DNA of 64,000 bases from Candidatus Collierbacteria bacterium. GTDB lineage: Bacteria; Patescibacteriota; Microgenomatia; UBA1400; JACPES01. Of the stretch, positions 9,918 through 18,935 are shown piece after piece. The stretch covers positions 93,831-157,830 of the forward strand of contig JACPES010000002.1 in the NCBI GenBank assembly GCA_016183365.1, read 5' to 3'. Positions within the stretch are counted from its first letter, which is position 1, and every line of letters starts with the position of its first letter. A model generated the notes under the pieces. The model did no database searches, was not told the DNA's origin, and saw only the letters and a program-made list of their open reading frames with translations. The translations under genes were made by a program, and so were the position numbers.

Positions 9918-10430
9918 ATGCCTCAACCGGTGTTAGGAAATCAGGTTTTGCAGGATACTTTTGAGAAATTGGGTGATCAGGTTCAAGATGTAGTTTCCGG
10001 CTTTAAAGATTTGGCGACAGGTGGAAATGACAGTATAGGAGGGGATAATGGGATTGAGCAATTATCTGGTCAAAATGATCCGAAGTCCGGCATAGCCGGA
10101 TCTAACTCCGTGGGACAAACTGCCGATCCTCAAAGGTTAGCTCAAAGACAGGCCGAAGAGCAGGAAGCGGTTAAATTTCACCGGGAACAAGTCCAAAAAT
10201 GGGATGATAATTACAAGCGGATGAAAGAAGAAGATGAGGTCGAAAGCCGCAAAAAAGAGGAAGAAGAAAAAAAGAAAGAAGAACAAAGAATTTTCCAATT
10301 GCGGGAACAGGATGCCAGGTCGGCAGTTCTAAATCCGGTTAAACCGGGCACTGCCAAAGGGCCGGGGAGCGCGTTTGCCACGCAGTCAACAAAATCACAG
10401 ACGGAATTTTCAAAAAGCGCGACACAATGA
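9918..10430 (+). CDS. hypothetical low-complexity, charged (E/K-rich) protein
   Basis: The ORF-track N-terminus overlaps cysS on the other strand, so the start is more likely at 9909/9918. Composition suggests intrinsic disorder. Confidence 0.35.
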   Translation: MPQPVLGNQVLQDTFEKLGDQVQDVVSGFKDLATGGNDSIGGDNGIEQLSGQNDPKSGIAGSNSVGQTADPQRLAQRQAEEQEAVKFHREQVQKWDDNYKRMKEEDEVESRKKEEEEKKKEEQRIFQLREQDARSAVLNPVKPGTAKGPGSAFATQSTKSQTEFSKSATQ

Positions 10431-11104
10431 ATTGGGAAACACTTGAGCGAATCGGTTTAGTTTTAATGCTGCTGGGCTTTGCCGTTGTCGGTTGGCTGCA
10501 ATGGGGGACGTTCAGTCAAAATTCTGAAGTCCTGCGGAGGTTGACGGTGGTTGAACAAAGGTTGGATAGCGTGATAAAGAGTTCGTTAACCGTTAATCGT
10601 CAATCGTTAATGGCGACGGAAGAATGTGATCGTGAATGCGTCAAAAATTTAGTCAGCGAAGCGGTGGCGACTATTTCTGGTTTGTCCCAGCCGGCTAAAC
10701 AACAGGTTATAGAAAGAGTGGTAGAAAAAGTCCAAACCGTGTCCGGCAACTCTCCAAAAACTCAATATGTGTCTTTGGGCGCGGGTGAAACTACTAGCAC
10801 AGAATGGGTTACCCTTCCCGGAGCCGAAGTGACATTTAACATCAACGATTTCGGCAAGGTGACAGTGGTCTATTTTGAAGGTCAATTGCAAAGCGCTTCC
10901 GGGAAGGTTTATGCCAGATTGTACGATAAAAACGCCGGACCGCTTCTTGAGTCGGAGATATCTCACGCCGCCGGCGACGCTAAACTAATCAGCGCTAGGG
11001 TCAATATTTCCGGCGGGGGCCGCACAATCGGAGTTCAACTGAAAAGCGAAATTCAACAGCCGGTGAAACTCTTAAGCAGCAGGTTGAGGATAGACACAAA
11101 ATGA
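10427..11104 (+). CDS. hypothetical membrane-anchored (N-terminal TM) extracytoplasmic protein
   Basis: N-terminal hydrophobic helix IGLVLMLLGFAVVGWL. Translationally coupled to the upstream ORF. Confidence 0.4.
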   Translation: MNWETLERIGLVLMLLGFAVVGWLQWGTFSQNSEVLRRLTVVEQRLDSVIKSSLTVNRQSLMATEECDRECVKNLVSEAVATISGLSQPAKQQVIERVVEKVQTVSGNSPKTQYVSLGAGETTSTEWVTLPGAEVTFNINDFGKVTVVYFEGQLQSASGKVYARLYDKNAGPLLESEISHAAGDAKLISARVNISGGGRTIGVQLKSEIQQPVKLLSSRLRIDTK

Positions 11105-11162
11105 AAAGTGAAATGGTTACATTCGAGCCATTTTTTAAGTTTTTTTGTGTTACAATATCTTT

Positions 11163-11513
11163 ATGCCTAAACTCAAAAAAACAATCAAGACAATAAAGAA
11201 AGTTGTTAAAGTTGAAACTCAACCAATTGAACTCCGGGATTATGATTTAGTGGTAATTGTTTCCTCTAAGGTCAAGTCGGAAAAACGCCTTGAAGTTATT
11301 GGGGGAGTTAAAAAGGTAGTAGAAAAACTGGGCGGGGAATTAAAAAAAACCGGCGAGATGGGATTGCGGGATTTGGCTTATACTATTGCCGGTGAACAAA
11401 GCGGTTGGTATGCCAGTCTGGAAGTTGGCCTTAATCCTCTTACCTGCGCCAAATTTGAGGAATCTCTTAAACAGAACAAAAATATCCTGCGGCATTTATT
11501 AATAAAAAAATAA
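11163..11513 (+). CDS. rpsF: 30S ribosomal protein S6
   Basis: S6-like sequence and the conserved rpsF-ssb-rpsR order. Confidence 0.8.
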   Translation: MPKLKKTIKTIKKVVKVETQPIELRDYDLVVIVSSKVKSEKRLEVIGGVKKVVEKLGGELKKTGEMGLRDLAYTIAGEQSGWYASLEVGLNPLTCAKFEESLKQNKNILRHLLIKK

Positions 11514-12004
11514 TGAGTTCCAGAAGTTTAAATAAAGTTTTATTGATTGGAAATTTAACCGTTGATCCGGAATTGCGTTATACCCCGCAGGGGACAGCCG
11601 TAGCCACTTTCAGTGTGGCCACTAATCGCAATTGGACGGATCAGGCTGGACAACCTCAAGAAGCAGTTGAATTTACCAGATGCGTGGCTTGGGCTAAATT
11701 GGCCGAAGTCTGTTCTAAAATTCTCAAAAAAGGCCGTAAAGTTTATGTCGAGGGTAGATTGCAAACCAGGGAATGGGAAGGCCAGGATAAAACCAAGCGC
11801 CGGACTACCGAAGTGGTCATTGATAATATGATCGCTTTAAATCCGTCGGGAACTGCCGCCGGCGCTGGAGTTCCCGCAATGCCGGTAGCTCCATCAGCTA
11901 AACCATCAAAGAAAAAAGCGGTTCAACCAGAAACAGATGAGGAAGTTCAATCCGGGAATAAAGCCGAAGACGAGATAGTGGCGTCGGAGGATATTCCATT
12001 CTAA
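11513..12004 (+). CDS. ssb: single-stranded DNA-binding protein
   Basis: OB-fold N-terminal region, a Gly/Pro/Ala-rich linker and the acidic C-terminal tip DIPF. Confidence 0.9.
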   Translation: MSSRSLNKVLLIGNLTVDPELRYTPQGTAVATFSVATNRNWTDQAGQPQEAVEFTRCVAWAKLAEVCSKILKKGRKVYVEGRLQTREWEGQDKTKRRTTEVVIDNMIALNPSGTAAGAGVPAMPVAPSAKPSKKKAVQPETDEEVQSGNKAEDEIVASEDIPF

Positions 12005-12017
12005 TCAACTTATTTTT

Positions 12018-12260
12018 ATGATGAAAAGACAAAGACGTCCAATCAGAAAAATAAAAGTTCCAAAAGCATGTCAATTTTGCAATGGTAAGTTTGAGCCGGA
12101 TTATAAAGTAATTTCCTCTCTGGAAAGGTATACTTCGGACAGGGGGAAAATTTTAGGGAAAGACAGGACCGGAATTTGCCGGAAACATCAAGACAGACTT
12201 GCTACAGCCATAAAAAGAGCCAGACATTTAGCTTTAATGCCTTTTACACCAATAGCTTAA
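12018..12260 (+). CDS. rpsR: 30S ribosomal protein S18
   Basis: CQFC...DYK...L.R..S..GKI ... TGIC.KHQ..L..AIKRAR matches the S18 signature. Confidence 0.9.
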   Translation: MMKRQRRPIRKIKVPKACQFCNGKFEPDYKVISSLERYTSDRGKILGKDRTGICRKHQDRLATAIKRARHLALMPFTPIA

Positions 12261-13544
12261 GTGACGCTTCAAAGACTTCGAAAGACTATTTATTACTGTT
12301 CTTTCCTGCTTTTGTCAGGAGGGATCGGGTATTGGTTTGGACAAAGGGAGATTGCCATCAAATGGCAATCTTTGAAACCAGAGATTCTAATTGTCAATAA
12401 AGCTTTGCCTCCGGAGAATAAAGATATAAATTTTGGCTTATTTTGGGAAGTGTGGAATAAATTGGAAAAAGAATATTTAGATGAAGCCGCCGTCAACAAA
12501 CAAAAAATGTTTTACGGGGCTATCTCCGGTTTAACCGCTTCTTTGGGAGACCCGTATACGGTATTTTTGCCTCCTCAAAAACAAGAAGAATCCAAAGAAG
12601 AGCTTGCGGGGGAATTCGGCGGAGTGGGAATCCAGTTGGGATTTAAAGAAGACAGATTGGTGGTTATTGCCCCTTTAGACGATACTCCGGCTAAACTGGC
12701 CGGAATTGAGGCCGGAGATTTTATTTTAAGGATTAAAGACGAGAAAAAAGAGATTGACCGGGAGACGGATGGGATAACTTTGCCGGAGGCGGTGGATATC
12801 ATTCGCGGCCAGAAAGGCGATCCGGTGGTCCTGACTATTTTCAGGGGGAAGCAAAAACCTTTTGAAGTGTCGTTGAAGCGGGATACCATTTTAGTAAAAA
12901 GCGTGGAAGTCGAGTTTGTCGATTGGCCTTTAGACGGCGATAATTCCGTGAATAAAAAAACAGTGGCCGTAATAAGGTTGTCTCGATTTGGGGATCGTAC
13001 CGTGTCGGAGTGGAATAAAGCGGTAGACAAAATTATTAAAACCGCCAATGATAAAAAGGATAATTTTGGCGGAATGGTTTTGGATGTCCGGAACAATCCC
13101 GGTGGATATCTAGAAGCGGCTATTGCAATTTCCTCCGAATTTTTCCGCGACGGGACGGTGGTTGAACAAAAAGGTAAAATTACTTCTCATCCGTTCAATG
13201 TCGAGCGTCCGGGAAAATTGATTGATATGCCGTTGATAGTTTTGATCAACGAAGGTAGCGCTTCGGCTTCGGAAATTGTCGCCGGCGCTATTCAAGCTCG
13301 GAACCGAGGCGAACTGGTGGGCAAAAACACTTTTGGCAAGGGGACGGTTCAGGATGCCATGGAATTAACCGGCGGAGCCGGATTGCATATCACCACCGCC
13401 AGATGGTTATTGCCCAACGGCAATTGGATTCATGATGAAGGATTGAAACCTGATGTCGAGATAGATTATGATCAGGAGGCGAGCAAGGATCAGAAGTGGG
13501 ATAATCAGATGAAGAAGGCGATGGAGGTATTGGTAAAAGGTTAA
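12261..13544 (+). CDS. ctpA: carboxyl-terminal processing protease (S41 family) with PDZ domain
   Basis: S41 motifs (GGVGIQL..., LINEGSASASEIVAGA, TFGKGTVQ). The start is GTG. Confidence 0.85.
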   Translation: MTLQRLRKTIYYCSFLLLSGGIGYWFGQREIAIKWQSLKPEILIVNKALPPENKDINFGLFWEVWNKLEKEYLDEAAVNKQKMFYGAISGLTASLGDPYTVFLPPQKQEESKEELAGEFGGVGIQLGFKEDRLVVIAPLDDTPAKLAGIEAGDFILRIKDEKKEIDRETDGITLPEAVDIIRGQKGDPVVLTIFRGKQKPFEVSLKRDTILVKSVEVEFVDWPLDGDNSVNKKTVAVIRLSRFGDRTVSEWNKAVDKIIKTANDKKDNFGGMVLDVRNNPGGYLEAAIAISSEFFRDGTVVEQKGKITSHPFNVERPGKLIDMPLIVLINEGSASASEIVAGAIQARNRGELVGKNTFGKGTVQDAMELTGGAGLHITTARWLLPNGNWIHDEGLKPDVEIDYDQEASKDQKWDNQMKKAMEVLVKG

Positions 13545-13564
13545 AAAGGTTTAAAAGGTTAAAA

Positions 13565-14713
13565 ATGAAACGTTTTTTTGTCGGATTCGCTATTGGCGTT
13601 CTCGTTGTCGTTTCTGCCGTCGGCGGAGCATTGACGGATCGGCTTTATAATTTGCCGTTTATATCTAAATTCGTTTCGGGGAAAACCGGTTCTCAACAGA
13701 AAATATTGGAACAAAAAGTGCTCAAGGAAGAATCGGTAGTGGTTGATATCGCAGAACAGGCCAGTCCTTCCGTGGTCACGGTTTCCGTCACTGCGGAAAA
13801 ACAAACATTGGAACCATTTTTCATTGATCCTTTCGGACTGTTTGAATTTAATCGTCCCGGCAGAAAAGAACAAGTTAAGCAGGATATCGGCACAGGTTTT
13901 GTGATCGACGGGGGATTAGTGGTCACCAATAAACACGTGGTTTCCAGCACCGATGGCAAATACCGGGTAATTACCAAGGACGACAAAGAGTTTCAGGTTA
14001 ATAAAATTTACCGTGATCCCACCAATGATATTGCAATTTTAAAGGTTGACGGAATGTCGGTTACGGCGATTCGCTTAGGAGATTCAGGGAATCTTAAAGT
14101 CGGCCAGTTCGTGATCGCTATCGGCACCGCCCTGGGAGAATTCAGGCATACGGTAACCACAGGCGTGATTTCCGGGTTGGGACGGGGAATTCAGGCAGGT
14201 GATCCTTTCGGGGGAAACGCCGAACAGTTGGACAATGTAATCCAAACCGACGCGGCCATCAATCCCGGGAACTCCGGTGGTCCGCTTCTGAACAGCGCCG
14301 GCGAGGTCATAGGCATCAATGTAGCGGTAGCCCAGGGCAGCCAAAATATAGGTTTTGCTTTACCGATCAATTCCGTTAAAGAAGTAGTCGATAGTTTCCA
14401 AAAAACAGGCCAATTTGAGCGGCCGTTCTTGGGAGTTCGGTATAGAATGGTGTCTCAAAAAGCGGCGATTTTAAATGATGTTCCCCAAGGAGCATACGTG
14501 GAGGACGTGGTAGCCGGATCTCCGGCTGATAATGGCGGGATATTGAACGGAGACATTATTACCAAAATCGGCGGGAATAAAATTGAAGGCAAAGATGATT
14601 CAGGCCTGGCCAAGGAAATTGCCAAGCGCAAAGTGGGGGATACAATAGATATAGAAGTATGGCGCGATGGCCAGACTAAAAACCTCAAAGTGACGCTTCA
14701 GCAGTCGGAATAA
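13565..14713 (+). CDS. htrA: HtrA/DegP-family trypsin-like serine protease with C-terminal PDZ
   Basis: Catalytic triad context (TNKHVV; DIAILKV; GNSGGPLLN) and a PDZ region. Confidence 0.9.
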   Translation: MKRFFVGFAIGVLVVVSAVGGALTDRLYNLPFISKFVSGKTGSQQKILEQKVLKEESVVVDIAEQASPSVVTVSVTAEKQTLEPFFIDPFGLFEFNRPGRKEQVKQDIGTGFVIDGGLVVTNKHVVSSTDGKYRVITKDDKEFQVNKIYRDPTNDIAILKVDGMSVTAIRLGDSGNLKVGQFVIAIGTALGEFRHTVTTGVISGLGRGIQAGDPFGGNAEQLDNVIQTDAAINPGNSGGPLLNSAGEVIGINVAVAQGSQNIGFALPINSVKEVVDSFQKTGQFERPFLGVRYRMVSQKAAILNDVPQGAYVEDVVAGSPADNGGILNGDIITKIGGNKIEGKDDSGLAKEIAKRKVGDTIDIEVWRDGQTKNLKVTLQQSE

Positions 14714-14745
14714 TTCAATTCTCCGAAATAATCGCTAGTTTTCGT

Positions 14746-14964
14746 TTAGCTATTTAATTCTTCTTTGGAGATTTTGCTTTCACGAAGAATGGAAAATAGC
14801 GTGCCTTCTGGAATTTCCCGTAAATGAAACGGTACATTGGCGCGAAGATTCGTTTTTGGATGTCTGAAAATCATATGGCTACCGGTGGTCCTTTGTAGAA
14901 TAAAGCCCAATTTTTCCAACTTACGGATAAATTCTTTGGGTTTGATGGCCGGAAGTTTTCCCAT
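14746..14964 (-). CDS. hicA: HicA-family mRNA interferase toxin
   Basis: 72 aa; KLGFILQRTTGSHMIFRHP (YcfA/HicA fold with a conserved His). Confidence 0.8.
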   Translation of the reverse strand: MGKLPAIKPKEFIRKLEKLGFILQRTTGSHMIFRHPKTNLRANVPFHLREIPEGTLFSILRESKISKEELNS

Positions 14965-14967
14965 GTA

Positions 14968-15225
14968 TCAAACAGCTACTTGAGGAAATCTAAAATCGAG
15001 AACAGACAAAAAGGATTGATCGTCAGAGGGGATTTCTTCCCCGTCTTCTCTCATACATTCTACAAATCCACCAATGGCGTCGATAGCCATTCTTCTGGCC
15101 TCATCCAACGTTCTGCCATATGTCACACAACCCTGCAAACTGGGGACAACTACAGTATAACCCCCTTCAGGCTCGGGCTGAAAAATAACATTAAATCTCA
15201 ATATTCTTTCTGAAATTTTATTCAT
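14968..15225 (-). CDS. hicB: HicB-family antitoxin (UPF0150, RNase H-like fold)
   Basis: 85 aa; FQPEPEGGYTVVVPSLQGCVTYGRTLDEA is typical of the HicB N-domain. It lies immediately upstream of hicA in the same operon. Confidence 0.75.
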   Translation of the reverse strand: MNKISERILRFNVIFQPEPEGGYTVVVPSLQGCVTYGRTLDEARRMAIDAIGGFVECMREDGEEIPSDDQSFLSVLDFRFPQVAV

Positions 15226-15261
15226 ATACCTATTTTACCACGCCAAATAATTTGTTACTTT

Positions 15262-15420
15262 AGAGTCACGCTTCAGCAGTCGGAGTAGCAGCCTTTGGGA
15301 TTTTCAGCTGGCAAGTTTGGGTAATATCGCCTATATTTCCTTCTAAAATTTCCTCCAAATTGTGCCAAGAGCGATTGATCCGGTGATCGGTAACTCTATT
15401 TTGGGGCCCGCCGAATTTTA
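15262..15420. pseudogene. diverged duplicate of the htrA 3' end (RVTLQQSE*) together with a prfA 3' end fragment (PQNRVTDHRINRSWHNLEEILEG...)
   Basis: The 17-bp string acgcttcagcagtcgga is identical at 14693-14709 (true htrA end) and 15268-15284. The minus-strand translation of 15266-15410 is about 70% identical to the prfA C-terminus. Confidence 0.55.
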
Positions 15421-15483
15421 GCACTCGGCTTTAGGTTCTATTCGAACACGTCTCGTGCTGCAATTTCTGGCGGGCTCGCAAAG

Positions 15484-16482
15484 TCAGTCAAGGAGTTGTT
15501 GCACTTCACTTATGATTTCTTCTAAACCTCCCTCAAGAACAACATCGAGGTTATGCCATGACTTGTTAATTCTATGGTCGGTAATTCTATTTTGCGGGAA
15601 GTTGTAGGTTCGGATTTTTTCGGCTCTGCTTCCACGACCTACCGCTGTCGTCCGTTGCTGCTCTAAAGTTTTAAGCGTCTTTTCTTGTTCTATTTCCCAC
15701 AATTTAGACCGCAATAGCTCCAGAGCTATGGATTTATTTTGTTGTTGGGTTCTTTCTTGTCTGACGGAAATAACCAGACCACTGGGAATATGGGTTAACC
15801 GGACAGCCGTGCTGACTTTATTTACATTTTGACCGCCTGGTCCGCCGGAATGGGAAAAAGCCCACGCCAATTCATTATCTTTGATTTCAACTTCTAAGGG
15901 AGTGATTTCCGGCAAAACTACTACCGATGCGGTCGAAGTGTGTATCCGGCCGTGGGATTCGGTTTGGGGGATCCGCTGGACCCGGTGAACGCCTGATTCG
16001 AATTTTAATAAGCCATAAGGTCCAACCTGTGATTCTGAATTCTGAATTCTGAATTCTGAATTTGGCGCGCCGGCAACTTTTATTATGCCGTTGTCTATAA
16101 CGACGGTTTTTAATCCAATAATATCGCAAAATCTGCTGTACATCCGCGCCAGGTCTCCAACCCAGATTTTAGCCTCATCTCCTCCGGCTCCGGGGCGGAT
16201 TTCGATGGTGGCGAAACGGGACAATAATTGCTGATTGTCCCGGCTTTGCCGAGTATCCCGCTTCGCCCTGTACCAGACGGTACGGGGCTCCGCGGGATTA
16301 ATTGTTGATTGTTGATTGGAGGATTGTTGAAAGTTAATGCTTTGCCCCAAAACCCGTTTTTGGTCTTCCAATCTTTGTATTTCTTCTTGGGCCAGAGCCG
16401 ATAATTCCGGATCATTTAACAATTGCCGATTGCGGGAGATTTCAAATTCTAGTCGTGAAATTTCATTCTGAAGATCGTTCAA
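15484..16482 (-). CDS. prfA: peptide chain release factor 1 (shortened N-domain; tripeptide motif PQT)
   Basis: GGQ motif (SGGPGGQNVNK) and GVHRVQRIPQTESHGRIHTS, which matches the RF1 PxT region. The start is TTG and overlaps the stop of a short upstream uORF. Confidence 0.88.
   Translation of the reverse strand: MNDLQNEISRLEFEISRNRQLLNDPELSALAQEEIQRLEDQKRVLGQSINFQQSSNQQSTINPAEPRTVWYRAKRDTRQSRDNQQLLSRFATIEIRPGAGGDEAKIWVGDLARMYSRFCDIIGLKTVVIDNGIIKVAGAPNSEFRIQNSESQVGPYGLLKFESGVHRVQRIPQTESHGRIHTSTASVVVLPEITPLEVEIKDNELAWAFSHSGGPGGQNVNKVSTAVRLTHIPSGLVISVRQERTQQQNKSIALELLRSKLWEIEQEKTLKTLEQQRTTAVGRGSRAEKIRTYNFPQNRITDHRINKSWHNLDVVLEGGLEEIISEVQQLLD
16032..16059. repeat. 7-bp x4 tandem repeat (attctga) inside prfA
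   Basis: gattctgaattctgaattctgaattctgaattt encodes NSEFRIQNSES. Confidence 0.8.
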
Positions 16483-16488
16483 TTGAAA

Positions 16489-16578
16489 TTATCGCGATCC
16501 CAATCTACGAATTTCATCCGAATGTTCCGAATGGTGAAATTCGGATAATTCGGATGTTGATTCGGATTATTCGGATCG
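16489..16578 (-). promoter_or_regulatory. upstream element family B copy (directly 5' of prfA, overlapping the rpmE stop)
   Basis: The reverse complement reads atccgaataatccgaat ... cattcggaacattcggatgaaattcgtagattgggatcgcg, then the prfA start. Confidence 0.6.
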
Positions 16579-16869
16579 CCCCTTTGCTTCCGACAACATT
16601 TCCTTCAAAGTTTTTTGGGACACGTCGGACCGGAAAGCAGTCTTTTTTTGTTTTTTTCTATATGAAGATGAAGCCGTCATTTTAGCCTGAAATTTTTCCA
16701 CTCTTCCCTGGGCGTCAACGAATTTCATCTGGCCGGTATAAAACGGGTGGCAAGCTGAACAGACATCGGTTAGAATTGATGGTTTAGTCGAGCCGGTGGT
16801 AAACTTATTTCCGCAAGCGCAAGTTATCGTCGCTTCCGGATAATATTGAGGATGAATATCGGTTTTCAT
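16567..16869 (-). CDS. rpmE: 50S ribosomal protein L31
   Basis: [10 protein letters not shown]...CACGNKF...[10 protein letters not shown] is the classic zinc-ribbon L31. Confidence 0.9.
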   Translation of the reverse strand: MKTDIHPQYYPEATITCACGNKFTTGSTKPSILTDVCSACHPFYTGQMKFVDAQGRVEKFQAKMTASSSYRKKQKKTAFRSDVSQKTLKEMLSEAKGRSE

Positions 16870-17005
16870 GAATTTGAATTCGATGTCTTGAAGATAGAAG
16901 ACGGATATTTTTGAACTTGAATTTTTGACTTTTTGATAACTTGATTCAAGAATTCAAAAACATCAAAATCAAAAAATTCAAGAATTTCCAACTTCAAGAA
17001 ATCAA
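16870..17005. repeat. intergenic element family C (cttgaagatagaRga ... ttcaagaaatc words) upstream of rpmE
   Basis: Shares cttgaagatagaagacggata / cttcaagaaatc motifs with 34790-34929, and gaagatagatag with 36990-37100. Confidence 0.6.
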
Positions 17006-17998
17006 TTAATTTGATTTGGAGAATTCCATTCTGAACACTCCGAGAATTATTATACCAGTTGCCGCCAGAAAGGCTAGGCTCAAAGGTTCTTTCAGGAATA
17101 ATATCGAAACAGGTATGCCAAACAGGGCTTGCATATAAAGGAAGCGGGAGGCAATTAGAGGCCGAACTAATTTGGCGGCGGCTTCAAATGCCATAAAGCC
17201 CAAGACAGATGAAATTAAAGATAAATATAAGATTCCGTACAGCAAAATCTTGGGAGTGAGGGTAAATGACAGTGGCGTCAAAATATAGTTTGGATTAATA
17301 AAATAAATTATTGGCGCCAAGGCCATGGTGCCGCCAAGAAACGCCAATGCCATCAGAGTGATCGGAGAATTCTGCTGAATATTTTTGGCGTATTTGATTT
17401 TAGATAGCCATGTAGAAACCGCCCAAACTATGCCGGCTGATAAAACTAACAAATTGCCGGTAAATCGCGGGTAATCCGAACTGCCTTGTAGCCACAAGGG
17501 TTCGAATATCACGATTATTAATCCGGCCACGGCTGCAAAAGTGACCGGGTCTGCCCGCAACGCTTCGCGTAGCGATGCGGGCGGGGAAACTTTATTAATT
17601 TGCCGGTTAAACCAATTTAAAATCACCGCGGTAATCAATGGGTTTAACGACATGATCAAAACCGCCCGGCTGGCATAGGTTAAATTCAAACCTAGATAAA
17701 GCAAGATTAGCGAGGCAATTGGGCCAGAAATCCCCAATAAAGTTATCAGCAAAGTTCTGCGGAAAGATAAATATTCCCCGGAAGTTTTCCAGCTATAAAG
17801 GGCCAGTGGCGCAAAGATTAAAGAGGCAATGCTCAACCTATACCACAGCAGAGGAAGCGGCGGTAAAAATTGCAGCGAGGCTTTTATGATCGGGAAACTA
17901 ATTCCCCAGATTAAACTGGTTAAGAGCAACAGTTGAATCGGTTTTCTATTATTATTATTTGTCGGCACTGATACTTTAATTGTATCCTGACAAGCCAA
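17006..17998 (-). CDS. EamA/DMT-family transporter (10 TM)
   Basis: Polytopic 330-aa protein with a duplicated EamA-like architecture. Confidence 0.65.
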   Translation of the reverse strand: MACQDTIKVSVPTNNNNRKPIQLLLLTSLIWGISFPIIKASLQFLPPLPLLWYRLSIASLIFAPLALYSWKTSGEYLSFRRTLLITLLGISGPIASLILLYLGLNLTYASRAVLIMSLNPLITAVILNWFNRQINKVSPPASLREALRADPVTFAAVAGLIIVIFEPLWLQGSSDYPRFTGNLLVLSAGIVWAVSTWLSKIKYAKNIQQNSPITLMALAFLGGTMALAPIIYFINPNYILTPLSFTLTPKILLYGILYLSLISSVLGFMAFEAAAKLVRPLIASRFLYMQALFGIPVSILFLKEPLSLAFLAATGIIILGVFRMEFSKSN

Positions 17999-18023
17999 TA
18001 TGCAACCAATGTGTTGTCAGACC

Positions 18024-18935
18024 CTATTTCTTTTCTCCGGTCAGGACTCCGATGCCAATCAGGATGATTCCCAAGATGGTTAGCGGCGCCAGACTCTCGT
18101 GAAGAAATATCAGGCTGACCGGGATGGCGATTAAAGGCTGTAAGTAGGTAAATAATGATGCTTCCGAGATCTCGATTAAATTTTGTCCGGCCAGATAAGT
18201 AGTCGCTCCGATGATGGATCCAAAAATCGCCATATAAATTACCGGCCCCAGAACTTGAGTTTGCAGGATTTCAGGCCCCAAAAACGTCAACGGATTTCCC
18301 GATGGCAAAGATAAAATGAAGAAAGTTATAGCGCCTATCCAAAAACTAATCATAGTTACGGCTAGTTTGGAGGTTTTCCGATAGGTTTTTTTAGCCATTG
18401 CCAAATATCCAGCCCAGATGATGTTTTGCAATAATATTAAGGCGTTTCCCAGGAAGTTGCCGGATAAATATCCACCCTGGTTTATTAATGGTCCAACGGT
18501 GATAATCAATGTTCCCAACAGAGCTAAAGCCAGTCCTTTCCACTCTTTCTTGGTTTCTTTTTCCTTTAATATAAAAATTCCGGTCAAGGTGACAAATAGG
18601 GGTGAAACCGAGGCTACCAGCGAGGCCTCAACGGCCGAAGTGAATTTGAGGGAATAATACAAAATCCATAATATTAAAGTGGTTCCGATCAACTCCAATA
18701 GGCTGATTTTTACTAGGGTTTTTAAATTCAACCTCCATTTTTGCCAGTTTAACGCCAGAAAAGGAAGGGTAAGTATGGCGGCTAACAAAAACCGGTAAAA
18801 CAGAAATCTTTCCGGAGCGGTAAACGACAGGGCCGGTTTGACGATCGGAATTGCCAATCCCCAGACGATGGTATTGATGATCAATAATAGGTAGGCGAGT
18901 TTGCGTTTAGGGGACATGGGAAGGGAGTTCTTCAA
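18024..18935 (-). CDS. EamA/DMT-family transporter
   Basis: Polytopic 303-aa paralog of the upstream gene. Confidence 0.65.
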   Translation of the reverse strand: MKNSLPMSPKRKLAYLLLIINTIVWGLAIPIVKPALSFTAPERFLFYRFLLAAILTLPFLALNWQKWRLNLKTLVKISLLELIGTTLILWILYYSLKFTSAVEASLVASVSPLFVTLTGIFILKEKETKKEWKGLALALLGTLIITVGPLINQGGYLSGNFLGNALILLQNIIWAGYLAMAKKTYRKTSKLAVTMISFWIGAITFFILSLPSGNPLTFLGPEILQTQVLGPVIYMAIFGSIIGATTYLAGQNLIEISEASLFTYLQPLIAIPVSLIFLHESLAPLTILGIILIGIGVLTGEKK

